Of a stretch of 64,000 bases of DNA, positions 36,273 through 43,924 are shown in pieces. The stretch is from a virus. Lineage: Duplodnaviria > Caudoviricetes. Location of the stretch: the IMG/VR virus record IMGVR_UViG_2893071988_000005, positions 1 through 64,000 of that record, one strand, 5' to 3'. The notes beneath the pieces are model-generated. The model was not told the DNA's origin, did no database searches, and saw only the letters and a program-made list of their open reading frames with translations. Every line of letters begins with the position of its first letter. Positions within the stretch are counted from its first letter, which is position 1. The translations under genes were made by a program, and so were the position numbers.

Positions 36273-36605
36273 GTCAGCGCATGGAGTTGGCGATGTCGTG
36301 GTGGTCCTGCCCACTTCGTTGGATTGAAACCCTCTAAGTGGCGGTCAAGAGATTGGCTGTTACCAAAGACCAGTCGGCGCCTGGGGCCGGCGATGTCGCG
36401 ATGGCCTTGCCTGTCGTGTTGGATTGAAACTCTTTAAGTGACGGTATGGAGCTTCCTACCCGTTGCGAGAAGTTAGCCGGCGCATCGGGCCGGCGGTGTC
36501 GCAGCGGCCGCGCCTGCTGTGTTGGATTGAAACTCTCTTATTGGTGTTTACCGGCTTTTGCCGCAACGCGGAGCGGCTACCTCAACGGGTAGCCGCTTTC
36601 GTTTC
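36273..36605 (+). CRISPR. Degenerate CRISPR-repeat-like mini-array (3 units, ~100-nt period), no cas operon in the window
   Basis: 36-nt cores GTCG...GTTGGATTGAAAC at 36295-36330, 36395-36430 and 36498-36533, each preceded by a conserved 19-nt hairpin; ends at hairpin GCGGCTAC...GTAGCCGC-TTTCGTTT. Confidence 0.65.
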
Positions 36606-36854
36606 CTGCGCCAGCGGCGCCGGGGAGTTGGTGGCAGCATTCCAGACAAAGCCATTTTCAATTGCTTCTCTTGCGGCTATCGCCTTGCTTTCTGCTGCCA
36701 TCCGCCAATTGCTATCCACCAGCGCGGCGAGTTGGGAACTGGAAAGTGTCGCCTGAACATCAGTGGGAATGCTGTTCCACATCGCATCGAAGCTGCGATC
36801 GTGGGAGCCGATGACGGAAGCCGCTTTTGCTCGATTGTACTTCACGATGCTCAT
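36582..36854 (-). CDS. Small hypothetical protein
   Basis: 90 aa MSIVKYNRAK..., GGAG RBS, lower GC. Confidence 0.6.
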   Translation of the reverse strand: MSIVKYNRAKAASVIGSHDRSFDAMWNSIPTDVQATLSSSQLAALVDSNWRMAAESKAIAAREAIENGFVWNAATNSPAPLAQETKAATR

Positions 36855-36873
36855 GGTTCGTGCTCCAGATGGG

Positions 36874-37203
36874 TTAGTCGATGACACCTACCTTTTTCAG
36901 GTGGGCGGGGTCGTATGAGGTAAGCTCCTCCTGTACGGCTGCGCAGAACCCCTCGCTGTCCCGTTCGAAATCGAACTTTGCGGCGCGGGTGCCGGCAAGG
37001 ATTGCCTGCTGTCGTTGGTCGTTGCTCCAGCCTAGATCCTGGGCGAGGTCGCGAACCTGATCGAGAGTTTTCTCGAAGTTGATGGCGAAGGCCGGGCAGC
37101 GTTCGTTCGCCCACATGAAGCGCAGGAAGGCTTGCACGTCAGCATGCGGGGTCGGCGTTATGTAGGTAGCTGCGGCCAGCATCGCAGCAAGGATCGAATT
37201 CAT
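36874..37203 (-). CDS. Small probable secreted protein
   Basis: Hydrophobic N-terminus, Cys pair (ERCP...GFCA), GAGGA RBS. Confidence 0.6.
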   Translation of the reverse strand: MNSILAAMLAAATYITPTPHADVQAFLRFMWANERCPAFAINFEKTLDQVRDLAQDLGWSNDQRQQAILAGTRAAKFDFERDSEGFCAAVQEELTSYDPAHLKKVGVID

Positions 37204-37258
37204 CGGCGCATCCTCGGATGGAAGATGCGCCGAAGGTAGTATCAGCGTCGGGTGGTGG

Positions 37259-37456
37259 TCAACCTGTGGTCGGTTCGTCCTCGCCGTCGAGGAGATCGAC
37301 GGAGACCGCTTCTCCGCCGCTGTCGAACTCGATCACCGTGAACGACGTGGCCGTTGTGCCCGGTCGCTGCATTATCTCGAACGCCTGGCGGGCGGCATGG
37401 CGAGGGGAACAAGCCTCGACAACATCGATTTCCCACATCACGAGGTAGCGGGCCAT
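37259..37456 (-). CDS. Small hypothetical protein
   Basis: 'YLVMWEIDVVEACSPRHAARQAFEIMQRP'; abuts the ligase stop. Confidence 0.65.
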   Translation of the reverse strand: MARYLVMWEIDVVEACSPRHAARQAFEIMQRPGTTATSFTVIEFDSGGEAVSVDLLDGEDEPTTG

Positions 37457-38335
37457 CTATATGTCCTCCCGAATGGTGACGATGCTGGCGATCAGCGGCT
37501 TGCCGTTCGGCCCGACGCCCTTGTACCGGAAGGTGATGCGCTTGCCCGGTAGGCTGTCACGCCGCGCCCACAGGCCCGCGCGCTGGTCGGCGGAGAGGCC
37601 GGTAGAGAGCTTGAAGCGGATACCGTTCCAGTCCACCCAGAAGCCGCCGAGCGTGCCTTTCCCGACCTTGCCGTCCTTCGCGCTTGAGCGCTTCGTCTTG
37701 CCGATCTTGTTGACGGTCGCCTCGTTGGTGTTCTGCATCTGCTCGAAGGTGCTGACGATGGTGGCTTCGTTGTCGCTGAACCGTTTGAACTTCAGCAGGA
37801 TCGCCTCGGTGACGGTGGAGCGGCCGAACTTGTAGCGGCCGTCGGGGCGGCGAAGCATCACGCCTTCGAAGCCCAAGGTGTCCACCATGGCGCGCTCATA
37901 TTCATCGAACTCGGCCATATTTCGCAGCGGCTCGTGCGGCACCAGTTCGATACGGCCGCGCTGGAAGATGGGGTTGCCGGAAAGGAGAGCCAGGCGGTCG
38001 GTGTAGGGCATGTTGGGATGCTGGAAGTGGTCGAACACATGAAAGCGCCAGTCGACTTCGCCCGGCTTGGAGACCTTGCTCTGCACCGTGGCGAGCGGGT
38101 CGGCTTCGCCGTCGGTGTAGGTGACGATTTCCCCGTCGTGGAACGTTAGGTTAGCGGCTTCGAGCGCGGTCCGGATCTGGGTGTTGCCGAGCGGCTCGAG
38201 GCGCCGGGTGACGAAGCCGTATTCCGGGTGGCCGACGATCCGCCAGCCGTCGTATTTCGGCGTGCCGATCAGCGGGAACTTCATCTCCTCGCGCTCGACG
38301 GGGGAGGCGAGGACGGGTTCAAACTTTGTGGGCAT
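37457..38335 (-). CDS. ATP-dependent DNA ligase
   Basis: Motif I 'KYDGWR', 'DGEI', 'FHVFD', 'EGVMLR', 'LLKFKRF', OB-fold tail. Confidence 0.9.
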   Translation of the reverse strand: MPTKFEPVLASPVEREEMKFPLIGTPKYDGWRIVGHPEYGFVTRRLEPLGNTQIRTALEAANLTFHDGEIVTYTDGEADPLATVQSKVSKPGEVDWRFHVFDHFQHPNMPYTDRLALLSGNPIFQRGRIELVPHEPLRNMAEFDEYERAMVDTLGFEGVMLRRPDGRYKFGRSTVTEAILLKFKRFSDNEATIVSTFEQMQNTNEATVNKIGKTKRSSAKDGKVGKGTLGGFWVDWNGIRFKLSTGLSADQRAGLWARRDSLPGKRITFRYKGVGPNGKPLIASIVTIREDI

Positions 38336-38362
38336 GGTGGTTCCTTGTTCGCATGATTGCGG

Positions 38363-38680
38363 TTATCCCGCCGCGTACTGGATGGATGCGGCGATGCACT
38401 GGGCTTTGATTTCTGGCGATATCCTCGACAGGAGGACGGCGTGGAGGCGGTCACATACGCAGTGAGGCCGTGGCCTGCAGGTGCCGTGATAGCTCCAAGC
38501 GGGCAGATACGCTCTTTCGCCGATCTGGTAGCAAATGTACCAGTGCGGCCCCTCGGCCCCCTCGAACCCATCTAGACGCCCAAAGCGGATGTACAGAGAC
38601 GAACCTCCAAGCGTCTCGCAGGTGATCGCCATCTCGTCGATGAGCCGGTGAGCGAGGCTTTCACCGCTCATGGCCGCCAT
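38363..38680 (-). CDS. Small paralogue-family member 7
   Basis: 'ICYQIGERAY' and 'LLSRISPEIKAQCIAASI'. Confidence 0.7.
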   Translation of the reverse strand: MAAMSGESLAHRLIDEMAITCETLGGSSLYIRFGRLDGFEGAEGPHWYICYQIGERAYLPAWSYHGTCRPRPHCVCDRLHAVLLSRISPEIKAQCIAASIQYAAG

Positions 38681-39054
38681 GTCCCCGCCGCAAACCTGAT
38701 TGAGGCGGCAGCGCAGTACGCCAGGTCTCGTTCGCTTAGGGTGGCGCGAAACAGAGACGTGATTTCTTCGGGCATTCGGGCCGGAACATCGAGCGCATAA
38801 AATTGCCCTCCCTGGCCAATCGGGGGAGGTGCGGCGCTCCGCGGGAATCGCATGTGTTCAGAGGTGAACACGCGATCAGCAAGACTGTATCGAAGGGCGT
38901 AAGCGCCGTCCCCGCCATCGGGCCAAGTCCATCTCACTTCGTCTGATGATTGCCAGGGCATGCGATCGGGGTACTGTTCAATGATGCTGCGAATATGGTC
39001 GTCGAAAGACAGCGCAGGGCGTGAAACAAACTTGCCGAAGGGGATTCGTACCAT
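38668..39054 (-). CDS. Small paralogue-family member 8
   Basis: 'LRYSLADRVF' and 'FRATLSERDLAYCAAASI'; TGATG-coupled. Confidence 0.7.
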   Translation of the reverse strand: MVRIPFGKFVSRPALSFDDHIRSIIEQYPDRMPWQSSDEVRWTWPDGGDGAYALRYSLADRVFTSEHMRFPRSAAPPPIGQGGQFYALDVPARMPEEITSLFRATLSERDLAYCAAASIRFAAGTWRP

Positions 39055-39350
39055 CAGCCGATCCTTCGCAGGGACGCGTTCACGCACATCGCAACCTGCT
39101 CCGGGCTGAGCATCGCCCGCAACTCATCGCACTGATCGTCCGACGCATACCGGATAGTTGTGTCGCCTGCATCGCCTCCAGCCGGGCAGGTGTAGAAAAA
39201 GGCGCGGAAGAGGCGCTCGGCGGCGAGGTAGGAGAGAAAGAAGCCGTCGTCATATGGATCGCGATACTTGAACCAGATGAAGTTGGCCTTGTTGAAGTCG
39301 AGCGAAAGCCCGGCCGTGGGGAGTGGAGCGTCGGGATCAGGCCGCGCCAT
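39054..39350 (-). CDS. Small paralogue-family member 9
   Basis: 'LSYLAAERLF' and 'LRAMLSPEQVAMCVNASL'; AGGAG RBS. Confidence 0.7.
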   Translation of the reverse strand: MARPDPDAPLPTAGLSLDFNKANFIWFKYRDPYDDGFFLSYLAAERLFRAFFYTCPAGGDAGDTTIRYASDDQCDELRAMLSPEQVAMCVNASLRRIG

Positions 39351-39867
39351 TGCGATGCTCCTGCTGCCGGCTGGAGAGGACACCGCGCAGGACGGCAATG
39401 CAAAGCGCGATAGCCTCCCGCCCGGAGGGGCGGAGGTCCACATCGGTGAGGCCGGCCCAATCGACAGCCGGGCTCAGTTCGGAGAGCAGGCGCGCTCCGT
39501 GCGTAGGGCAGTTGAAGTCCGGCTGCACCCATGCGTCATCGGAGACGCAGCAACTGGCGACACGGTAGGACCAGCCGGGCAGGGCGATGCGCACCAGCGT
39601 GCGGGCAGCGTCGAGAGAGGAGGTGAACGGCAAGCTGTCCCAGATCAGACCGAGATCGCCGTTGTCGTACTGCAGGCCGCACATGCCGCGCTGGTTCTTG
39701 TGGTGCGACCAGGTCGGATAGTTCGCCCATGCCCAGGCATAGCCGGTCCTATCGCCGAGCATTTTCTCTGCGCCGACGCGCAGCGCGGCATCGATCTTGG
39801 CATCAAGCCACCGGCAGGGGCCGGGTGCAGCCGCCAGCAGATTGATGAGGGAGGGGAGATCGGTCAT
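39337..39867 (-). CDS. Hypothetical phage protein
   Basis: 'LAAAPGPCRWLDAKI...PFTSSLDAARTL...LPGW...AIALCIA'. Confidence 0.7.
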   Translation of the reverse strand: MTDLPSLINLLAAAPGPCRWLDAKIDAALRVGAEKMLGDRTGYAWAWANYPTWSHHKNQRGMCGLQYDNGDLGLIWDSLPFTSSLDAARTLVRIALPGWSYRVASCCVSDDAWVQPDFNCPTHGARLLSELSPAVDWAGLTDVDLRPSGREAIALCIAVLRGVLSSRQQEHRNGAA

Positions 39868-39895
39868 GGTGGTCCGTCCATGTTGGGAGAGTGCG

Positions 39896-40081
39896 ATGAA
39901 AAAGGTGAAGCCGCCGCGCGAGCTGGCCGCCCGCGCGCTTTGCAGTTCAAGAGGTCTGCCGGAGAACACGAAGTTCGAGGGCCGGCCCATGTGGGAAAGC
40001 CAGCTCGAGGAGGTGGATGTGGTGCTGAAAGCGGCGCTCCCGCCCGAGGAGTGGGAGCGGGTGAGAAGGGAAGGGCCTTAG
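39896..40081 (+). CDS. Small protein on the opposite strand
   Basis: GGGAG RBS; 'PPRELAARALC...FEGRPMWES'; fills a gap between minus-strand genes. Confidence 0.6.
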   Translation: MKKVKPPRELAARALCSSRGLPENTKFEGRPMWESQLEEVDVVLKAALPPEEWERVRREGP

Positions 40082-40118
40082 CCGATATGCCGAAGGGCTT
40101 CCCGCTCTTTGTCGGCGG

Positions 40119-40427
40119 TCATTGAAGTACTTCGCGGCTACCATCCGGCAGGGCGATCACCGTGTCAGCGATATTGCTCGGTTGCCCGAATTTCGCATTG
40201 AAGAGGGTTTCACCAGCCGGCGTGATCTCGAAGTCATGCTGCCCGTGCAAGGCGACGTATTCGCCGCTCGCCAATGTCAGGGCGGCGAAGACGAGCTGGA
40301 GCTTGACCGCATCGGGGATTGCGGCGGCGTGCAGCAATTCGTGCCGGTTCACCCGTGAAACACCCTTGTTTTTGGCCCGAAGGAGCAAGTCGAGAACGCA
40401 CCACTGAGCGTCAGTCAGATTGGCCAT
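40119..40427 (-). CDS. Winged-helix-like hypothetical protein
   Basis: GGAGG RBS; 'LTDAQW...FEITPAGE'. Confidence 0.55.
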   Translation of the reverse strand: MANLTDAQWCVLDLLLRAKNKGVSRVNRHELLHAAAIPDAVKLQLVFAALTLASGEYVALHGQHDFEITPAGETLFNAKFGQPSNIADTVIALPDGSREVLQ

Positions 40428-41208
40428 GATCGCCTCCGGGGGCGGCTCCGTCCGTGTCTGTGGTGACCACAGGCCATTGCCGGATAAGAAGATCATCCGG
40501 GATCGGGGCTTTCCGGGTCATTTGCTTCATGAAGAACGCTCGGCCGAGCGCTGCGCTCTGATCCCGCAAATAGCGGAAATCATCCGGGTCGGTGTGGCGG
40601 GCCTTGTGCGATCCTTGATCGGTCTCGCCGCCCGTGATGATCAGGTCCGGTGCATACCGATCGAGGATGATGCGGCTGAGGAGCGGCTCGTAGCTGCCGA
40701 AGGTGAAGAGCGGCGACAGCGAATGCTTCACCTCCCAGAGCTTCATCCGGTCTCGGTCGTATTCCGGCTGGTTGGCGATCGTCGCGCCGATGGCGACATT
40801 ACGCGGGAGCATGCGGTGACCTCGCGCCGGATCGGTCATTTTCGTGACATTGCCGATCCGCTTGGTTAGGAGCAGCCAGATCAAGTTTGGCGTGGCCTCG
40901 ATCAGGTTCATGAGGTCGTAACGCCACATCTCATCGACCTCGTTGTCGAAGACGTCAGCGAGTGAGGCGCAGAACACGCGTGGCCGGGTGCCACTGGCGG
41001 CAGCTTCCTTGTCCCAGGCGATTGGCTTGCGCCAATTTGCCCTGCCTGTGCGCTGGCGATCCTCGCCGGCACCCCACTGCACGCGGCCGTACCGGTTCGC
41101 CATAAGGTTTTCCGCATAGCACCCGTCACAGGCCGGGGAGACTTTCGTGCATCCGATCCACGGATTGAATGTATGGTCGGTCCATTCGATCTTGCTGTTT
41201 TCAGCCAT
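40411..41208 (-). CDS. Phage Gp37/Gp68 (DUF5131) family protein
   Basis: 'SKIEWTDHTFNPWIGCTKVSPACDGCYA', 'FCASLADVF', 'LLTKR', 'GGE', 'FFMKQ'. Confidence 0.9.
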   Translation of the reverse strand: MAENSKIEWTDHTFNPWIGCTKVSPACDGCYAENLMANRYGRVQWGAGEDRQRTGRANWRKPIAWDKEAAASGTRPRVFCASLADVFDNEVDEMWRYDLMNLIEATPNLIWLLLTKRIGNVTKMTDPARGHRMLPRNVAIGATIANQPEYDRDRMKLWEVKHSLSPLFTFGSYEPLLSRIILDRYAPDLIITGGETDQGSHKARHTDPDDFRYLRDQSAALGRAFFMKQMTRKAPIPDDLLIRQWPVVTTDTDGAAPGGDHGQSD

Positions 41209-41755
41209 GATCGCCTCCGGATGTTCCTATGGCGTCGGGGAATGCGGCATCAAGCGATGCGAGGTTTTCGCGCTCCTGGTCGAGCGCGCTTTTGAGAGAG
41301 GCGAGGCTGTCTTCGGCCTCCCTGATGCGTCCCTCGAAGTGCTCGATGCCGATGCGCGCATCCTTTTTCGCCCACGCAACCACCTTCGCCCGGTCGTTTG
41401 AGAACCGGTTCTCGTACATCATCTCGCCATCGTGAGTGACGTTGGGCCAGCCCAGTTCCTCGCATTGCTTTTCGATGATCTCCGCGCCGCGCCAGGTGTA
41501 GACCGGTATGGAGAGTTCGAAGGTGTCCTCCTGCCGGACCAAGCGGCGCAGGGTCTCGGGATCGCCCTTCATCTCGGCCTGATACCTCATCAGGTCGTCG
41601 TTCATCGTGCGATCATCATCTTTGACGATCTTGCCGTCCCGATTGATGACGATGATGTCGTGGATGTAGGGCGATCCGATGCAGATACCGTCATCGGTAA
41701 GCTGCACGCCGTGAACGATGCGATAGTGTTCTTTGACAGCTTTCCAGCCCATCAT
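41201..41755 (-). CDS. Hypothetical phage protein
   Basis: 'MGWKAVKEHYRI...CIGSPYIHDII...CEELGWPNVTHDG'. Confidence 0.75.
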   Translation of the reverse strand: MMGWKAVKEHYRIVHGVQLTDDGICIGSPYIHDIIVINRDGKIVKDDDRTMNDDLMRYQAEMKGDPETLRRLVRQEDTFELSIPVYTWRGAEIIEKQCEELGWPNVTHDGEMMYENRFSNDRAKVVAWAKKDARIGIEHFEGRIREAEDSLASLKSALDQERENLASLDAAFPDAIGTSGGDHG

Positions 41756-42075
41756 TCGCCCCCGTTCGATGATGTGGCGGAGCCCTCGCGCGCAGCATCG
41801 AGAAACGCCTTGTGGGCCCCATCTTTCGCCGTACGGAGCAAAACGGCATGCTCGTTCATGAGTTGGGCGCCGGCCTCGCGGAGCATTCGACTGACGGCCA
41901 TCAATTCGTGATGGCGGCGCCGAGGGCGGCCGAGGAGAAACGTACCGGGCAAAGCCTTGTGCTCTCTTGTGGCGCCTTCGTGAAGTTGCTGGAGGATCTC
42001 ATGTGCGCGGCGGAGCCCAGCGGCCTGCTCGAACAGGTCTGGGGAGCGCAGTTGAGACGTGCGATTTGTTGCCAT
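41752..42075 (-). CDS. Hypothetical protein
   Basis: MATNRTSQL... after AGGA; stop overlaps the next start. Confidence 0.5.
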   Translation of the reverse strand: MATNRTSQLRSPDLFEQAAGLRRAHEILQQLHEGATREHKALPGTFLLGRPRRRHHELMAVSRMLREAGAQLMNEHAVLLRTAKDGAHKAFLDAAREGSATSSNGGE

Positions 42076-42130
42076 GTCGCGGTCCTGTCTATGTTGAAAA
42101 AATCCGAAGGAGGGGCGGTGGGGCGATGCG

Positions 42131-42748
42131 TCACACATAGCCGAGGCTCTCCTGGGTTAGCGTATCCAAGATCGTGACGCCTTCCGAGATCTTGGTATCG
42201 ACGGAGATCGTCTTGAAGTGGTCGAACGCGCGGTTGTGGGCGGCAAGGAACTTGGATGCTTCCTTGCCGATGTTTTCGATGAAGAGTTTGCCCTCCAGCA
42301 CTGCGAGGCACATTTCAGCGATAACGTCATCCCGAACGAACTTCGGAATGGCGCGGGAAACCGCCTTGTTGATGAGCTTGAAAACCTCGTCTGGTGACAG
42401 CGTGATCTTCTTTATCGAACGCTCTTTCGCATATCGCCGCTTGTTCCTGGCGCGCTGTTTTTCGATGGTCTTCCAGTAGTAATCTCGCTGATAGGCGCGC
42501 TCTTTTTCGCGCGCACCTTCAACGAGCTTTGCGGCATCCCTGCGGGCCTTCCAGTAGGGGAGAAGCCTTTCCCGGTTGCGCTCTCGGAACTCCTTTTGAA
42601 GCTGGCGCATACGCTGTTTCTGCGCCTTCGTCCGCGTCGGGTATCTATTGCGAGCGCCCCAGTTCTTGGAATGCCGACGCCGCTCTTCCTTCGCCATAGC
42701 CGCCCATACTGAGGGCAAGAACCCGTACTTGTTGGGCTCCTCATCCAT
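42131..42748 (-). CDS. Basic helical protein with sigma-like C-terminus
   Basis: Arg/Lys-rich repeats; 'RDDVIAEMCLAVLEG...TISVD'. Confidence 0.6.
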   Translation of the reverse strand: MDEEPNKYGFLPSVWAAMAKEERRRHSKNWGARNRYPTRTKAQKQRMRQLQKEFRERNRERLLPYWKARRDAAKLVEGAREKERAYQRDYYWKTIEKQRARNKRRYAKERSIKKITLSPDEVFKLINKAVSRAIPKFVRDDVIAEMCLAVLEGKLFIENIGKEASKFLAAHNRAFDHFKTISVDTKISEGVTILDTLTQESLGYV

Positions 42749-43397
42749 GGTCACGCCCTCCATCGAGCGCGGGCGGAGTGATCGGGCACCAGTGGGTGAA
42801 CTCGTAGTTGCTCGGTTTGGCTTTGTCGTCGTCGTGCTTGATGAGGCCATCATGATCGGCCAGCCACCAAGGGCCGTTTTGGGACCGGCGAATGACGAGA
42901 TAGCGATGCTCGCCGAGCCACATGTATCTGGCGAGGATCGCCGTACCGTCTTTCGGGGCGGTCTCGATGGGGCGCCAGTCGTCTGCCGTGACGGCGTAGA
43001 TTGTCGGGTCCTGCGTCTCCTGCACGATGGTCAGCAGGCTTTCGGTCTTGCCGAGCGCTTGGGCCTTCACAATGACGACGGAGCCCGCGCCGGAGGGCCT
43101 GATGATGGCCCGGATCGAGCGTAGGAGGGGAGATACGCCCTCCTGCAAATCGTCGTCCTCGAACCCAGAAATGAAGGATTCGGCGGCGAGTAGCGCGGTA
43201 AACATCTGAGGGGCTGCAGCCATCTGGCGAGCAAGGGAGGCCAGCGCATCGGTCGGCCATTTCAGCGGCGTGCTGAGTTCGAAAATCGGCATGGGCGCGG
43301 CTGTGCTGATGTAGCCGAACGGCATGGGCTCGCCATCGATGGCGGAGCCGTAAAGCGAATGCGGTTCGAACTGCAAGGGGAGAGGGAACGGGTTCAT
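42741..43397 (-). CDS. Mosaic phage protein with DUF551-like C-terminus
   Basis: 'MAAAPQMF', 'WRPIETAPKDGT...THWCP'. Confidence 0.7.
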   Translation of the reverse strand: MNPFPLPLQFEPHSLYGSAIDGEPMPFGYISTAAPMPIFELSTPLKWPTDALASLARQMAAAPQMFTALLAAESFISGFEDDDLQEGVSPLLRSIRAIIRPSGAGSVVIVKAQALGKTESLLTIVQETQDPTIYAVTADDWRPIETAPKDGTAILARYMWLGEHRYLVIRRSQNGPWWLADHDGLIKHDDDKAKPSNYEFTHWCPITPPALDGGRDHG

Positions 43398-43909
43398 CGT
43401 GCCTCCGGCTGCTTCTTGATGAACATGGAAAGGGTGGCCGCGACAGGAAGTTCGCGCACGCCTTCGGCGACGGCATCGGCGACTTTCTGGAGTGAGCGCG
43501 GCTGCGTCATCATCGCGACGGTGCCGAGGATGGAAGCCTGCGCGGATGCCGCCGCTTGCTGCAGGCGGGTCAGGTTTTCGAAATCGGCCTTGGCCTGGCG
43601 CTCCAGCGCGCGCAGGGCTTTCCGCCGAACGCTTTTGGCATTGGCCGCGCCGTCTTCGACGATCTCGGCGTCATTGAGCCGGCGAAAGCCCTCGTTGCGA
43701 ACGCAGCCGAAAACCATGTCGTGGTCGCGCATGGCGCGGATGGTGGCTGTCCGGAGCGGCGCTCGCAGCTTGCTCAACGGGAGCGAGGTGATGTCTCTCA
43801 TGCGGCCGTAGGTGATGATTTCTCCGACCTCGATCTTCTTCAGTTCCTGCAGAAGCAGGCGGGATTCGACGGACATGCGGAATGAGGGTTTGGGCATGGG
43901 GTTCTCCAT
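43394..43909 (-). CDS. wHTH-like protein downstream of the RAMP-like locus
   Basis: 'VGEIITYGRM...VFGCVRNEGFRRL'; likely start 43897 after GGAG. Confidence 0.7.
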   Translation of the reverse strand: MENPMPKPSFRMSVESRLLLQELKKIEVGEIITYGRMRDITSLPLSKLRAPLRTATIRAMRDHDMVFGCVRNEGFRRLNDAEIVEDGAANAKSVRRKALRALERQAKADFENLTRLQQAAASAQASILGTVAMMTQPRSLQKVADAVAEGVRELPVAATLSMFIKKQPEAR

Positions 43910-43924
43910 GTAGAGGGGAGGCGG

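Noticed and set aside
36273-36605. Canonical active CRISPR-Cas locus
   Set aside because: Only three degenerate repeats, inter-repeat distances of 64-67 nt that include a conserved hairpin, related spacer starts, and no cas1/cas2 or effector operon. Kept as CRISPR-like RNA only.
30245-39350. Diversity-generating retroelement or recent tandem duplication as the source of the nine paralogues
   Set aside because: No reverse transcriptase in the window and no near-identical TR/VR nucleotide repeats noticed; similarity is visible mainly at protein-motif level.
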